A stretch of DNA of 64,000 bases, taken from an uncultured virus (IMG/VR IMGVR_UViG_3300017782_006724) (taxonomy: Duplodnaviria > Heunggongvirae > Uroviricota > Caudoviricetes). The stretch lies in IMG/VR virus record IMGVR_UViG_3300017782_006724, one strand, 5' to 3'. Made by a program: the position numbers and the translations under genes. The notes beneath the pieces were generated by a model. That model was not told the origin of the DNA and did not search any database. It saw nothing but the letters and a program-made list of their open reading frames with translations. Shown here in pieces: positions 8,083 through 17,329 of the stretch. Positions within the stretch are counted from its first letter, which is position 1. Each line of letters opens with the position of its first letter.

Positions 8083-8584
8083 AATACACCATCTTGATAT
8101 GAAAATCAATTACGATATGTTATTGCAAGAATTTCATCAGATGGAATTTAAAAATAATAAATCAGAAAACTGGTGGCGAGCAAAGTCCGAGGAAAGAAGA
8201 CAATTTTGGAAAGAAAGTAAGGCTTGGCAAAAGGCTGTACCATTAGAAATTTATCCTCCGGAAACACAACGGTTAAAGGAATTATTCAAAGCCGATGTTG
8301 TATTACATTATATATTACGGTCAGACTATGAGTTGCCACGGCACCGAGATTGGGAAGTAATTACAGCTGTAAATATAATATTATCTGAAGACAATGCTCC
8401 AATAACATTTGGAAATGACGAAGATGTTTATTATAAATGTGCATTAGTGGATATATCACAAGATCACAGTGTTAAACCATATCCTAATGATAGATACTTA
8501 TTAAAATATTGTTGGAAAGATAAAACATTTGAAGAAGTGAGAAAAGAATTTTATGATAGAAAATTTATACAAAGATGTAAATAA
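8063..8584 (+). CDS. 2OG-Fe(II)/cupin-like dioxygenase
   Basis: HxD (PRHRD) plus distal His (QDHSV) and R..LK. Confidence 0.6.
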   Translation: MTTTKDKIHHLDMKINYDMLLQEFHQMEFKNNKSENWWRAKSEERRQFWKESKAWQKAVPLEIYPPETQRLKELFKADVVLHYILRSDYELPRHRDWEVITAVNIILSEDNAPITFGNDEDVYYKCALVDISQDHSVKPYPNDRYLLKYCWKDKTFEEVRKEFYDRKFIQRCK

Positions 8585-9119
8585 TCCAGACTTATTAAAA
8601 GCATGCGATACTATTGTAAGGTTGTTTGATGGAAGTTTAAATAAAATGGATCTTAACGATTCTATAACAAGAGTGATGGATCCAAAGGAATTGATCCAAA
8701 ATCATCAAATCAAAAAATCTGAAAAACTATTCAAAGAACTAAATTTGGAACTAAAGAGTTGGATGATATTCCTACAAGGTCCAGAACGAGAACAAATTAT
8801 TCACGCAGATGGAAACTCTGAAACTAGGGAAAATTTATCCAACTGGGCATTAAATATTCCACTAGAAAATTGTGAAAACTCTATTATGAAATGGTATGGA
8901 GGAGAACATTTATTAAAGTTAATTAAATCTAAAACTGATGACGTAAACTATTTAAAAATAGAGTGGAAAGAGAATCCCTATATAATAGGAACAAAAAATA
9001 TAACAGGTCCTACAATTGTTAATATTGAAGTTCCACACAGAGTAAAAAATTTTTTAAACAAAACAAGAAAAATATTATCAGTAAGATTTAAAACAGATGA
9101 AAGTTTAATGGCGATATGA
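8553..9119 (+). CDS. 2OG-Fe(II)/cupin-like dioxygenase
   Basis: IHADG...ALNIP...PHRV..R..LSVR. Confidence 0.6.
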   Translation: MIENLYKDVNNPDLLKACDTIVRLFDGSLNKMDLNDSITRVMDPKELIQNHQIKKSEKLFKELNLELKSWMIFLQGPEREQIIHADGNSETRENLSNWALNIPLENCENSIMKWYGGEHLLKLIKSKTDDVNYLKIEWKENPYIIGTKNITGPTIVNIEVPHRVKNFLNKTRKILSVRFKTDESLMAI

Positions 9120-9778
9120 TTGAAGACCTATACTCAGGAAAAACAAACATTATATACATACCAAATGCAGACGAAAATACAGTCAAGCAATTTGGTGTGC
9201 TACAAGAACAAGATGTCCACAATCAAAAAATAGTAAAAATTGGTGATGAGAAATTTAGCCATACCAATGATTTATTATGGCATCAGGATAGAGGTTACCA
9301 TAAAGATATTCCACACTTTTCTGCCTTACTTTGTCTAGAAGCCGATGAAGGATCAAGTCCTACTTATTTTTTAAATATGCAGGAATTATATAATAAAAGT
9401 CCAGATAGTTTAAAACAAAAAGCCGAAGGCGTGTTTTCGATGAATAGTGTGACTAAATATTACAACCAATCATCACATCCATACGAATTTAAATCTAAGG
9501 CAGAAGAAAGATTGTATAGAATAAAAAATAGGGCAGAGCATCCTCTTGTGATGGAAGATGATTGTGGTAAGTTTTATTTTTACAGTCCTGCATACACTGA
9601 AACAGAATTGGAAGATGAATTTTTAAAGTTAATTGAAAAGCAAGAACCTATGGTTCATAGATGGAAAAAGAATGACTTTGTGTTAATCAATAACTTTAAA
9701 ATTTTACATAGAAGAGACAGCACACCAAGTCATGTAAATAGAAAACATTTAAGATACTCTATTAATAAACATGTTTAG
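9116..9778 (+). CDS. TauD/TfdA-family dioxygenase
   Basis: WHQD, HPLV, HRWKKNDFVLINN...LHRR motifs. Confidence 0.85.
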   Translation: MIEDLYSGKTNIIYIPNADENTVKQFGVLQEQDVHNQKIVKIGDEKFSHTNDLLWHQDRGYHKDIPHFSALLCLEADEGSSPTYFLNMQELYNKSPDSLKQKAEGVFSMNSVTKYYNQSSHPYEFKSKAEERLYRIKNRAEHPLVMEDDCGKFYFYSPAYTETELEDEFLKLIEKQEPMVHRWKKNDFVLINNFKILHRRDSTPSHVNRKHLRYSINKHV

Positions 9779-10289
9779 AATAGAAGATAATAAATCACTT
9801 GACGAAATGAAAATATATTTTGAAGTCGCTGAAAATGAAGGGCATCAGAATTCAAACAATTATTCTTATGATAATATGAAAAAAAGATGGGATAAGTACC
9901 TAACCTTTACCTTACTGACCTATTATAAGAATCCACTTGCATTTGCTGGTGTATACAATTATGGAAATAATTTAGTAAGAATTTGTGATAGATATTATGT
10001 ATTTCCACAATATAGAAACATTAATCTTTCGCTTAAACAAAGACCAGCAAATAATTGGATTATACCTTATCATCATAAATATTCAAAATTAAATAACTAT
10101 GAATGTTTTTTCTCAATACAAACTTTAAAGAAAAGGAAAGCCATGCAAAAGAGCGTTAAATATGTAGAGCACTTAGGATTTAAATTACTTGATGGATTAT
10201 ATGCAACTTGCAATCCAAAAAGTGAAAACTGTTGGCAGAATATAGCTTCAACAACAAACAACATTCATTTGCCGTTTCGAGATGTATAG
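9771..10289 (+). CDS. Hypothetical protein, possible GNAT-like fold
   Basis: AFAGV...RICDRYYVFPQYR pattern. Confidence 0.45.
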   Translation: MFRIEDNKSLDEMKIYFEVAENEGHQNSNNYSYDNMKKRWDKYLTFTLLTYYKNPLAFAGVYNYGNNLVRICDRYYVFPQYRNINLSLKQRPANNWIIPYHHKYSKLNNYECFFSIQTLKKRKAMQKSVKYVEHLGFKLLDGLYATCNPKSENCWQNIASTTNNIHLPFRDV

Positions 10290-10794
10290 GTACGGTTTAA
10301 CGGGACATACTCAAGGTCTTGGACTTGAAATAAAAAACTTACTACCAGAAAATACGTTGTGTTTTAGTAGATCAAATAATTATGATATATCAATTCGTTC
10401 TGATAGAAAAAAGATAATAAAGGAATCTATTGAGTGTGACGTGTTTATAAGTAATGCGTATGATAAGTTTTCTCAAGTTGAATTATTGCTTGAATTTGTA
10501 GAAGCGTGGAAAAATGAGAAAAAATGTATTATCAACATTGGGAGCAATATTACCAATTATAAACCTGAAGAATTTAATTACAATAGATTGATTCATAAAT
10601 CACATAAGACAAGTCTTTTACACACAGTTAATGAAATTAATAATTATGATATGAAACTTAATGTATTATATTTTAATATTGTAGGATATATTGGAACTAA
10701 AAAAATTAGAGAAAAATATCCACAAATGACCGATTTCTTATTAACAGAAAAAATAGCAGATGACATTATTAAAACCGCTCAACCATCCCGCTAG
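10282..10794 (+). CDS. Short-chain dehydrogenase/reductase-like protein
   Basis: TGHTQGLG Rossmann motif, FISNA, IINIGS. Confidence 0.75.
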   Translation: MYRYGLTGHTQGLGLEIKNLLPENTLCFSRSNNYDISIRSDRKKIIKESIECDVFISNAYDKFSQVELLLEFVEAWKNEKKCIINIGSNITNYKPEEFNYNRLIHKSHKTSLLHTVNEINNYDMKLNVLYFNIVGYIGTKKIREKYPQMTDFLLTEKIADDIIKTAQPSR

Positions 10795-11461
10795 AATTAA
10801 ATACGAACAAAGTAATAAAATTTCTAATGATCTGTATTGGAATCTTCATACTAAGTTCTTAGTTCCAACTCAAATAAAAATTAACGTGACAGACTTTCAG
10901 CACGACATGTTGCACTATCAAGATTTTTTTAAGCCTTGGGGAAATAACAGATCTGAGTTAAATGATATTAGAAAAGGTTTACCTTTAGTAAACTTAAACG
11001 GAAAATTTGATGGCAATCTAGACGAAAGCATAGGACCTTTAGATTATTATAATACTAACAATCCAGACACACCGTTGTTAGAATATGACTTTACTCGGCA
11101 AACTCAAGTACTTGATTGTGCGTCACTTGAACCTTTATATGTACTGAGAAAATACATGACAAGAAGTAGCATACTGTATTGGAAAAAAGGTGCAAACTTT
11201 TCACCTCATTGGGATGTCATGCTACCTGCAATTAATTTACGTTTGTGGGGTACCGATAATCCGGATTCAATGTCACTAAGATATAAAAAAAATAATGAGA
11301 TGATAGAATGTAAGAATATTGAGGCAGGAAGATTGTACTTAATCGAAACAAGTACAGTACATGATGCAAGATGCATTAACACAGAACTCTATCAGTTTTT
11401 TATTTCTCTTAATATTAACTCTTTTGAACTTGTCAAGTCATTAACACAACCAACGATATGA
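10760..11461 (+). CDS. Cupin/2OG-Fe(II) hydroxylase-like protein
   Basis: FSPHWD...LRLW...GRLYLI.T..VH. Confidence 0.6.
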   Translation: MTLLKPLNHPARIKYEQSNKISNDLYWNLHTKFLVPTQIKINVTDFQHDMLHYQDFFKPWGNNRSELNDIRKGLPLVNLNGKFDGNLDESIGPLDYYNTNNPDTPLLEYDFTRQTQVLDCASLEPLYVLRKYMTRSSILYWKKGANFSPHWDVMLPAINLRLWGTDNPDSMSLRYKKNNEMIECKNIEAGRLYLIETSTVHDARCINTELYQFFISLNINSFELVKSLTQPTI

Positions 11462-11901
11462 ATTCTTTCTTGTATCCAAGAATTGACAAAAGTGTGTCGC
11501 TTTCGAGTGTCAACATAGTATGCCATTCCATTTGCCGGACACCTAATGACTTTGTCCTCATATACAAAAAAACAATTTTCATGCGTCACTAGTGGTACAT
11601 GAATTCTCGGAGTTTTGTCCTGATGATAAGTGTAACAAGTTTTCATTTTCATTTTCATCACTCGGGTACGAAACATACCGAGATGTTGTATAACTGAGTT
11701 CGTATAGGGTAAATCAAATGTAGGTTCACAGAAGTCCTTTTCTTCATAATCAAATTCAGTGGTTCTTCCAATACCTAAAAGAGGATCCGTTACTCCAGCA
11801 GGTGATTGTAGCATGATTTGACTGTTGTATTTTGGTAACATTTCCAACTCTAATAGTATTCGGTCTACATCAATGTTTGTATCAATCTGCGCAATATCCA
11901 T
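11392..11901 (-). CDS. Aspartyl/asparaginyl beta-hydroxylase-like dioxygenase
   Basis: YHQD..PRIHVPLVT...YYVDT.KRHTFVN..ERIHIV. Confidence 0.75.
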   Translation of the reverse strand: MDIAQIDTNIDVDRILLELEMLPKYNSQIMLQSPAGVTDPLLGIGRTTEFDYEEKDFCEPTFDLPYTNSVIQHLGMFRTRVMKMKMKTCYTYHQDKTPRIHVPLVTHENCFFVYEDKVIRCPANGMAYYVDTRKRHTFVNSWIQERIHIVGCVNDLTSSKELILREIKN

Positions 11902-12403
11902 GTTCTTTTAATCTCTCTCTTACTTCTTGATAAGTCCTGTCAAATATCGAAAATTTTAATAATAGTCTTTCGGTCTTAAATTCAGGTACGCCGTGTCTTT
12001 GTGTCGTGTTGAGTAATGCACATCTATACACAACCTCTCCAATATCCTCAAATAAGACAGGCCCAGCACGGTTTGATAAAATGATGTTGATCGCACATTC
12101 GGTATTCATATCACTATGAAACGGTACACTAGAACCCTTGATTTGTGCATAATACCTAGGCCTGACATCCTTTGATTCAATTAAAGTCTCGATCATTTTC
12201 TTTAACCTATGTACCTCAAGATACATTCGACTGTCATTCACTCGACCCACATACCAAGTCTCTTGATTATCGAACCACGTGTCTGTTTTTTTACCCGTCT
12301 GAAAAGGACTGTAATGGACCATAATTGATTCTTCAATTAATTTATTAGAATCATAATCAATGTTTAATCTTTCATAATAATCACTGTGCACATTATTCAT
12401 CAT
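11882..12403 (-). CDS. 2OG-Fe(II)/cupin-like dioxygenase (paralog-like to 8063-8584)
   Basis: PFHSD..CAINIILS...Y.CALL.T..RHGV..ERLLLK, resembling the 8063 ORF. Confidence 0.6.
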   Translation of the reverse strand: MMNNVHSDYYERLNIDYDSNKLIEESIMVHYSPFQTGKKTDTWFDNQETWYVGRVNDSRMYLEVHRLKKMIETLIESKDVRPRYYAQIKGSSVPFHSDMNTECAINIILSNRAGPVLFEDIGEVVYRCALLNTTQRHGVPEFKTERLLLKFSIFDRTYQEVRERLKEHGYCAD

Positions 12404-12420
12404 TGTGTAAATTTCCTGTT

Positions 12421-12603
12421 TTACTTATTTTCACTTTTTCGCCAAATACAATATGCATTAAATAGGTTCATATTGAACCACATTAATAATCCTGCAAGTA
12501 TCGGACTCATTAACATCATTTTATAACATATGAATAACATACATGAGGTTATACCAACCATCATATGATCTCTTGTCTCTAACGGTCTACTCACTAAAAT
12601 CAT
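12421..12603 (-). CDS. Small membrane protein
   Basis: Hydrophobic ORF in the minus-strand operon. Confidence 0.45.
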   Translation of the reverse strand: MILVSRPLETRDHMMVGITSCMLFICYKMMLMSPILAGLLMWFNMNLFNAYCIWRKSENK

Positions 12604-12734
12604 CCTTTATTTTACGTTCCATTATATTATGTTCCTCTGGATTGTTTCTTCTCCACTCTTTGTCTTTATACCAATCATACATAAACATACACATTGCTAT
12701 AATAAACAATCCAAATATACTATATAATATTATT

Positions 12735-13397
12735 TCAATCATTCGTGCTTTTCTTTTCCTCTTCGGTTTTGTAAGCCCATTCATCGGTGTGACCCACACT
12801 CCACCATTTAGGTAATGTTTCAACGGCATAATTTTGTGTACATACTTTAAAGTCAGGTTGTTTTAGGTTTGTATTATCAACTAAACTGTTATCAAAAAAT
12901 TGACATCTATTATTTGGTTGTGCAGCAAATTGCCCGTTATCCAATGCAATGATATTAAATGTTTTATGTTCTGGATCATGTTCTGAAAAATTGGTATCAA
13001 GGACTGAAAAATCCGGATGTGCAGTATCTATTGTAAATTCATATTCTCCAGGATGCATTTTCTTATCTTTGCCGAAGAAACTACATCTACCTAAAATAGG
13101 TTTTTCAACAACTGTAATATTATAATCAAAACAATCCCATAATTCTAAAACATCAAGTGGTAATTGGTCATCCCAATTGATATCTTCCTTCCACACAAAT
13201 GCACTTAAAGGTAATTTGTCAAAAAGTGCACCGTAATCGGTGAGCAGTGTTTCAAAGTACAATGCTTTTGCCTGAATACTTCTAACTGATATCCATAATC
13301 CAGGAGTCAATTCACCGTGTCCCTTTTCAAGATCATAAAGGTATTCTTTTTTTACCCATACTTTTCTTGGTGGTAGTGGGTGTACTAAATATGCCAT
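12735..13397 (-). CDS. Conserved marine-phage-type hypothetical protein
   Basis: EYLYD..KGHGE...GALFDKLP..LELWDCF...FAAQPNNR; long ORF with start MAYL. Confidence 0.8.
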   Translation of the reverse strand: MAYLVHPLPPRKVWVKKEYLYDLEKGHGELTPGLWISVRSIQAKALYFETLLTDYGALFDKLPLSAFVWKEDINWDDQLPLDVLELWDCFDYNITVVEKPILGRCSFFGKDKKMHPGEYEFTIDTAHPDFSVLDTNFSEHDPEHKTFNIIALDNGQFAAQPNNRCQFFDNSLVDNTNLKQPDFKVCTQNYAVETLPKWWSVGHTDEWAYKTEEEKKSTND

Positions 13398-13507
13398 ATT
13401 ATTTCCATTCTTTTCATATTAATATTATTATCGTCCATAAACATACTGCCATCATAAACATGTAGAACATTATCCACCAGTGCATATTCATTATATATAA
13501 CCTTCTG

Positions 13508-13690
13508 TTATTCCTTATTAAATACAGACCACTGCGCAAGATCACGATCTGTTTTTGTGATTTTTTTGCCTAAACAAACCATAGTTATTTTTCTGCCGCC
13601 ATCGACATCGACAACAATCCAGTTTTTTCCATTTCCAGGTGCTTTGAGAATATCACCTTTTATTAGAACTTGATGTCCAACTTTATCCAT
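13508..13690 (-). CDS. Hypothetical protein
   Basis: AAGGA RBS; late promoter TATAAATA at 13722-13729 (minus strand). Confidence 0.55.
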   Translation of the reverse strand: MDKVGHQVLIKGDILKAPGNGKNWIVVDVDGGRKITMVCLGKKITKTDRDLAQWSVFNKE

Positions 13691-13729
13691 ATGATTCCTT
13701 TCCTGCGGGAATGTGTAGTAATATTTATA

Positions 13730-13810
13730 TTTTAAATTAATTTAAAAAAACACTTTACAGAGTCGTTTTTATGTGATATAATAGTACTATAAAATGAAAA
13801 TAAAAAGGAA
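13730..13810 (+). promoter_or_regulatory. Early promoter cassette
   Basis: TTTACA 13754-13759, TATAAT 13777-13782, leader ATAGTACTATAAAATG. Confidence 0.9.
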
Positions 13811-13815
13811 ATAAT

Positions 13816-13965
13816 ATGGAACAGATATATATGGAAATACAATACCCAGACGGAGAGATCGAATATTGGGATTTCGATCAAAATTTCTATCCTGAAATTA
13901 ATCGTTTACAAAAAATACATAACAATAAAATAAAATATAAACTTATTACAGTTTCACAAAATTAA
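13816..13965 (+). CDS. Small early hypothetical protein (49 aa, not in ORF track)
   Basis: AAGGA RBS; MEQIYMEIQYPDGEIEYWDF... Confidence 0.55.
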   Translation: MEQIYMEIQYPDGEIEYWDFDQNFYPEINRLQKIHNNKIKYKLITVSQN

Positions 13966-13978
13966 GGTTTTTTAAAAC

Positions 13979-15106
13979 ATGCAAACAATTTACAGTTTAC
14001 CTAAATTATATAAAAGAGATACTACTGGCAAAGTACGAGAGTGGACTATGCAGTATGGTTGGAACTTAGATGAAACACAAGCAGGTACTAGGACAATTTC
14101 CGGTGCACAGGATGGCAAAAAAGTTACTAGTGAGTGGTATATTACAGAGGCTAAAAATATTGGTAAAGCAAATGCTACTACAAATATTACACAAGCAAAA
14201 TTCGAAGCACATTCAGAATTTGATAAAAGAATAGAAAAAGAATATTTTGAGGATATAAATGCAATAGATAGTTATGAAAATTTTAAACCTATGTTAGCAC
14301 ATGATTGGGCAAAAACACAATTTGAAGAAGGTTACTCACAACCTAAACTAGATGGTATCAGATGTGTTATAGATTCAAGAGGTATGAGAACAAGAGCCGG
14401 TAAGCCTATTAATAGTTGTCCTCATATTTGGGAAAGTGTTAAGCACGTTTTTGATACTATGCCTAATATAATCTTAGATGGTGAACTTTATAATCATGAA
14501 CTAAAAGCAGACTTTCAAAAGATTGTTTCTTTGGTAAGGAAAATAAAATGTAGACCAGAAGAAATTGCAGAAAGTGCAGAATTGGTTGAGTATCATACTT
14601 ACGATATGTATGACAAGGATAATACAACATTAAAGTTTAAAGAGAGACAAGACGTATTATCTGATATTGTAAAAGGTGTTAGTGGTAAAGTTGAGTTAGT
14701 TGCTACTAGCAAAGTTTGGACATTTGCTGACATTGATAAACTTTATGGTCAGTATACTGAAGCCGGATATGAAGGTCAAATGATTAGAGCAGATGCTCCT
14801 TATCAATGTAAAAGAAGTAAAGGCCTTTTAAAAAGAAAAGAATTCATTACAGAAGAATACAAAGTCATAGAAATACAAGAAGGTAATGGCAATTGGGCAG
14901 GATATGCAAAAAGATTTATACTTGAACTTGCTGATGGTACACAGTTTAGTTCAGGAGTAAGAGGTTCTCAGGACAAACTTGCAGAGTTACTAAAAACAAA
15001 GAATAGCATAAATTGGGCAACCTGTAGATATTTTGGATTGAGTAATGATGGAGTTCCTAGATTTCCAGTAGTTATAGATTATGGTCCTGGAACTAGACAA
15101 GACTAA
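13979..15106 (+). CDS. ATP-dependent DNA ligase
   Basis: QPKLDGIRC (motif I), LDGELY, EGQMIR, LLKRK, PRFP. Confidence 0.95.
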   Translation: MQTIYSLPKLYKRDTTGKVREWTMQYGWNLDETQAGTRTISGAQDGKKVTSEWYITEAKNIGKANATTNITQAKFEAHSEFDKRIEKEYFEDINAIDSYENFKPMLAHDWAKTQFEEGYSQPKLDGIRCVIDSRGMRTRAGKPINSCPHIWESVKHVFDTMPNIILDGELYNHELKADFQKIVSLVRKIKCRPEEIAESAELVEYHTYDMYDKDNTTLKFKERQDVLSDIVKGVSGKVELVATSKVWTFADIDKLYGQYTEAGYEGQMIRADAPYQCKRSKGLLKRKEFITEEYKVIEIQEGNGNWAGYAKRFILELADGTQFSSGVRGSQDKLAELLKTKNSINWATCRYFGLSNDGVPRFPVVIDYGPGTRQD

Positions 15107-15127
15107 GTTGTCGGCAACGGTTGATAA

Positions 15128-15212
15128 TTTTTTTTAAATTAATTAAAAAAAACACTTTACATTTGTGTTTTTGTATGATATAATAATACTATAAAATAAA
15201 AATAAAAAGGAA
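15128..15212 (+). promoter_or_regulatory. Early promoter cassette
   Basis: TTTACA 15156-15161, TATAAT 15179-15184. Confidence 0.9.
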
Positions 15213-15219
15213 ATATATT

Positions 15220-16176
15220 ATGGCACACGAAGTTGAAACTATGGCATATGCAGGAGAAGTTCCATGGCACGGTCTTGGAGTTCCTGTATCAAATGACCTA
15301 ACACCTCAGCAAATGATGGTTAAGGCAGGTGTTGATTGGGATGTCCACGAATGTCAATCATTTATTGAGTTCAATGGAAATAAACTTCCAACTGGACAAA
15401 AATCCCTTATCCGTGGCACTGATGGTAAAGTTCTAACAAATGTAGGACCTGACTGGAATCCATGTCAGAACTCAGAGGCATTTGAATTCTTTTCAGAATA
15501 TGTTCTTTCTGGAAATATGGAAATGCATACTGCAGGATCATTAAAAGATGGCCAGGTTGTTTGGGCATTAGCAAAAATTAAAGAATCCTTTGATTTGTTT
15601 AATGGTGATCAAGTTGATTCTTATTTACTATTTTCAAATCCACATCAATATGGTAAATCAATTAATGTTCGATTTACTCCAATCCGAGTGGTGTGTAATA
15701 ACACATTAACACTGTCCTTGGAATCCAAGGCAGATCGTTCAGTAAAAGTCGGTCACCGGACTGTATTTGATCCAAAAATGGTCAAAGAACAACTTGGTAT
15801 TGCTTCTGAAAAACTCAGAACCTATAAAGAAATGGCAGAATTTCTTGGTTCAAAGCGTTATTCAACTGAGGCTCTTATTGAATATTATAATACAGTGTTC
15901 CCTCTTACTTCTGATAAAAAGGTTCAAGGTAAGGGATTATCTGTTGATACTCTTTCAAGAAATGCAAAACTATCGCATGATGCCATTGAACAACAACCTG
16001 GTGCTAAATTTGCCGAAGGTTCCTGGTGGCAGGCATTTAACTCAGTAACCTTTGTTACTGATCATGTTCAAGGTCGTAACCAGGATACTAGGTTATATAA
16101 TAACTGGTATGGTAACAACCAAACTCGTAAGCGTGATGCCCTTAAAATGGCATTGGAATTTGCGGAGAAAGTATAA
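15220..16176 (+). CDS. DUF932-family phage/plasmid protein
   Basis: PWHGLG, TAGSL..G, TPIRVVCNNTL, W.AFNSVT. Confidence 0.85.
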   Translation: MAHEVETMAYAGEVPWHGLGVPVSNDLTPQQMMVKAGVDWDVHECQSFIEFNGNKLPTGQKSLIRGTDGKVLTNVGPDWNPCQNSEAFEFFSEYVLSGNMEMHTAGSLKDGQVVWALAKIKESFDLFNGDQVDSYLLFSNPHQYGKSINVRFTPIRVVCNNTLTLSLESKADRSVKVGHRTVFDPKMVKEQLGIASEKLRTYKEMAEFLGSKRYSTEALIEYYNTVFPLTSDKKVQGKGLSVDTLSRNAKLSHDAIEQQPGAKFAEGSWWQAFNSVTFVTDHVQGRNQDTRLYNNWYGNNQTRKRDALKMALEFAEKV

Positions 16177-16328
16177 TGACTCCCAATCCAAATTATGTTA
16201 ATATGGTCATAAACTTCAGCATCCTTGGGGTGCTGATTTATGTGGCGATACAAGTGTCTTGATGTTTGATAAATTTGTCAAGTATTAGAATTAGTAAAAC
16301 TTTTCTATTGTAACTGTTAGGAGGTAAT

Positions 16329-16583
16329 ATGGAAAAAACAAAGGTAGACAGAAGTGATTTAATTGAAAAACTTCTAGGAAATATTGTTACTGTTGAATTT
16401 ACAAAGGTCAATGGTGATTACAGAAAAATGGAATGCACTTTACAGCAAGGTTATTTACCAGAATCTGATAAGATAAATAAGGATGAATCAAAAACGGCAC
16501 TTTCTGTCTGGGATATTAATGCTAATGGTTGGCGAAGTTTTAGATGGGATAGCCTTAAGGAGTATAGTGTTGAAAGCGCATAA
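16329..16583 (+). CDS. WYL-like SH3 beta-barrel protein
   Basis: V.FTKVNG..R.M.CTL...VWD....WRSFRWD. Confidence 0.75.
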   Translation: MEKTKVDRSDLIEKLLGNIVTVEFTKVNGDYRKMECTLQQGYLPESDKINKDESKTALSVWDINANGWRSFRWDSLKEYSVESA

Positions 16584-16753
16584 ACCAGAAATGATTGCTC
16601 TCTGGGCAAAAGAAAATAAAATCAAAGGTTGGGAACACTACTGGAGAGCTTATCACCCAAGTGAAGTTCAGAAACGTAGACAATGGTCAATTAAAGCCTA
16701 TGATAATAATAAAGTAGAAAAAGAATCCGGTAATAATTTTAAAAGGCATTCTA

Positions 16754-17230
16754 ATGAAAAAACTAGACAAACTTACAAAAAAGGTTAATAAAATGGATTT
16801 AGGCAACCCCGTAATTACTGTTCTTGTTGGATTGGTAGTGTTTTATATAGGACTCAAAATGTTCTCAGGTGGTATGAAGTCAATGGGTAATATGGATCAT
16901 TTGTCATTCTTTATTCATAATCCGTATTGGATGTTCCTTGGTGGAATCGTAATGACTCTACTCTGGCAATCATCTTCTCTTTCAACTACGGCTATTATTG
17001 CTCTTGTAGCTTCTGGCGCTGTACCATTACCTGCCGCAATTGCTGCGGTACTTGGAGCAAATATTGGTACCACAGGCACGATTTGGTTGGCAGGTTTGTT
17101 GGTTTCAGATGGTATGCCGAAAGGTGATACACTACGAATAGCAATGGCACATACTGGAGTCAATTTATTGATGGCGATAGCACTTCTACCATTTGTTGGA
17201 CGAATTGCTCAGTTCCTAGGCCGATTTTAA
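16754..17230 (+). CDS. Na+/phosphate cotransporter-family protein (single-repeat, half-size)
   Basis: QSSS and LGANIGTT signature motifs; multiple TM segments. Confidence 0.85.
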   Translation: MKKLDKLTKKVNKMDLGNPVITVLVGLVVFYIGLKMFSGGMKSMGNMDHLSFFIHNPYWMFLGGIVMTLLWQSSSLSTTAIIALVASGAVPLPAAIAAVLGANIGTTGTIWLAGLLVSDGMPKGDTLRIAMAHTGVNLLMAIALLPFVGRIAQFLGRF

Positions 17231-17249
17231 ATTTTTATATAATGTTAAG

Positions 17250-17275
17250 AAAAGCACCTTTCGGGGTGCTTTTTT
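17250..17275 (+). terminator. Rho-independent terminator (UUCG loop)
   Basis: AAAAGCACCT-TTCG-GGGTGCTTTTTT. Confidence 0.9.
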
Positions 17276-17276
17276 G

Positions 17277-17306
17277 TTTACATTTTGGTATAAATAGTGT
17301 TATAAT
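17277..17306 (+). promoter_or_regulatory. Late promoter TATAAATA (17289-17296) nested in an early-type TTTACA/TATAAT pair
   Basis: Direct reading of the motifs (18-nt spacer). Confidence 0.7.
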
Positions 17307-17329
17307 AACTTATTATTAGGAGATGTTTC

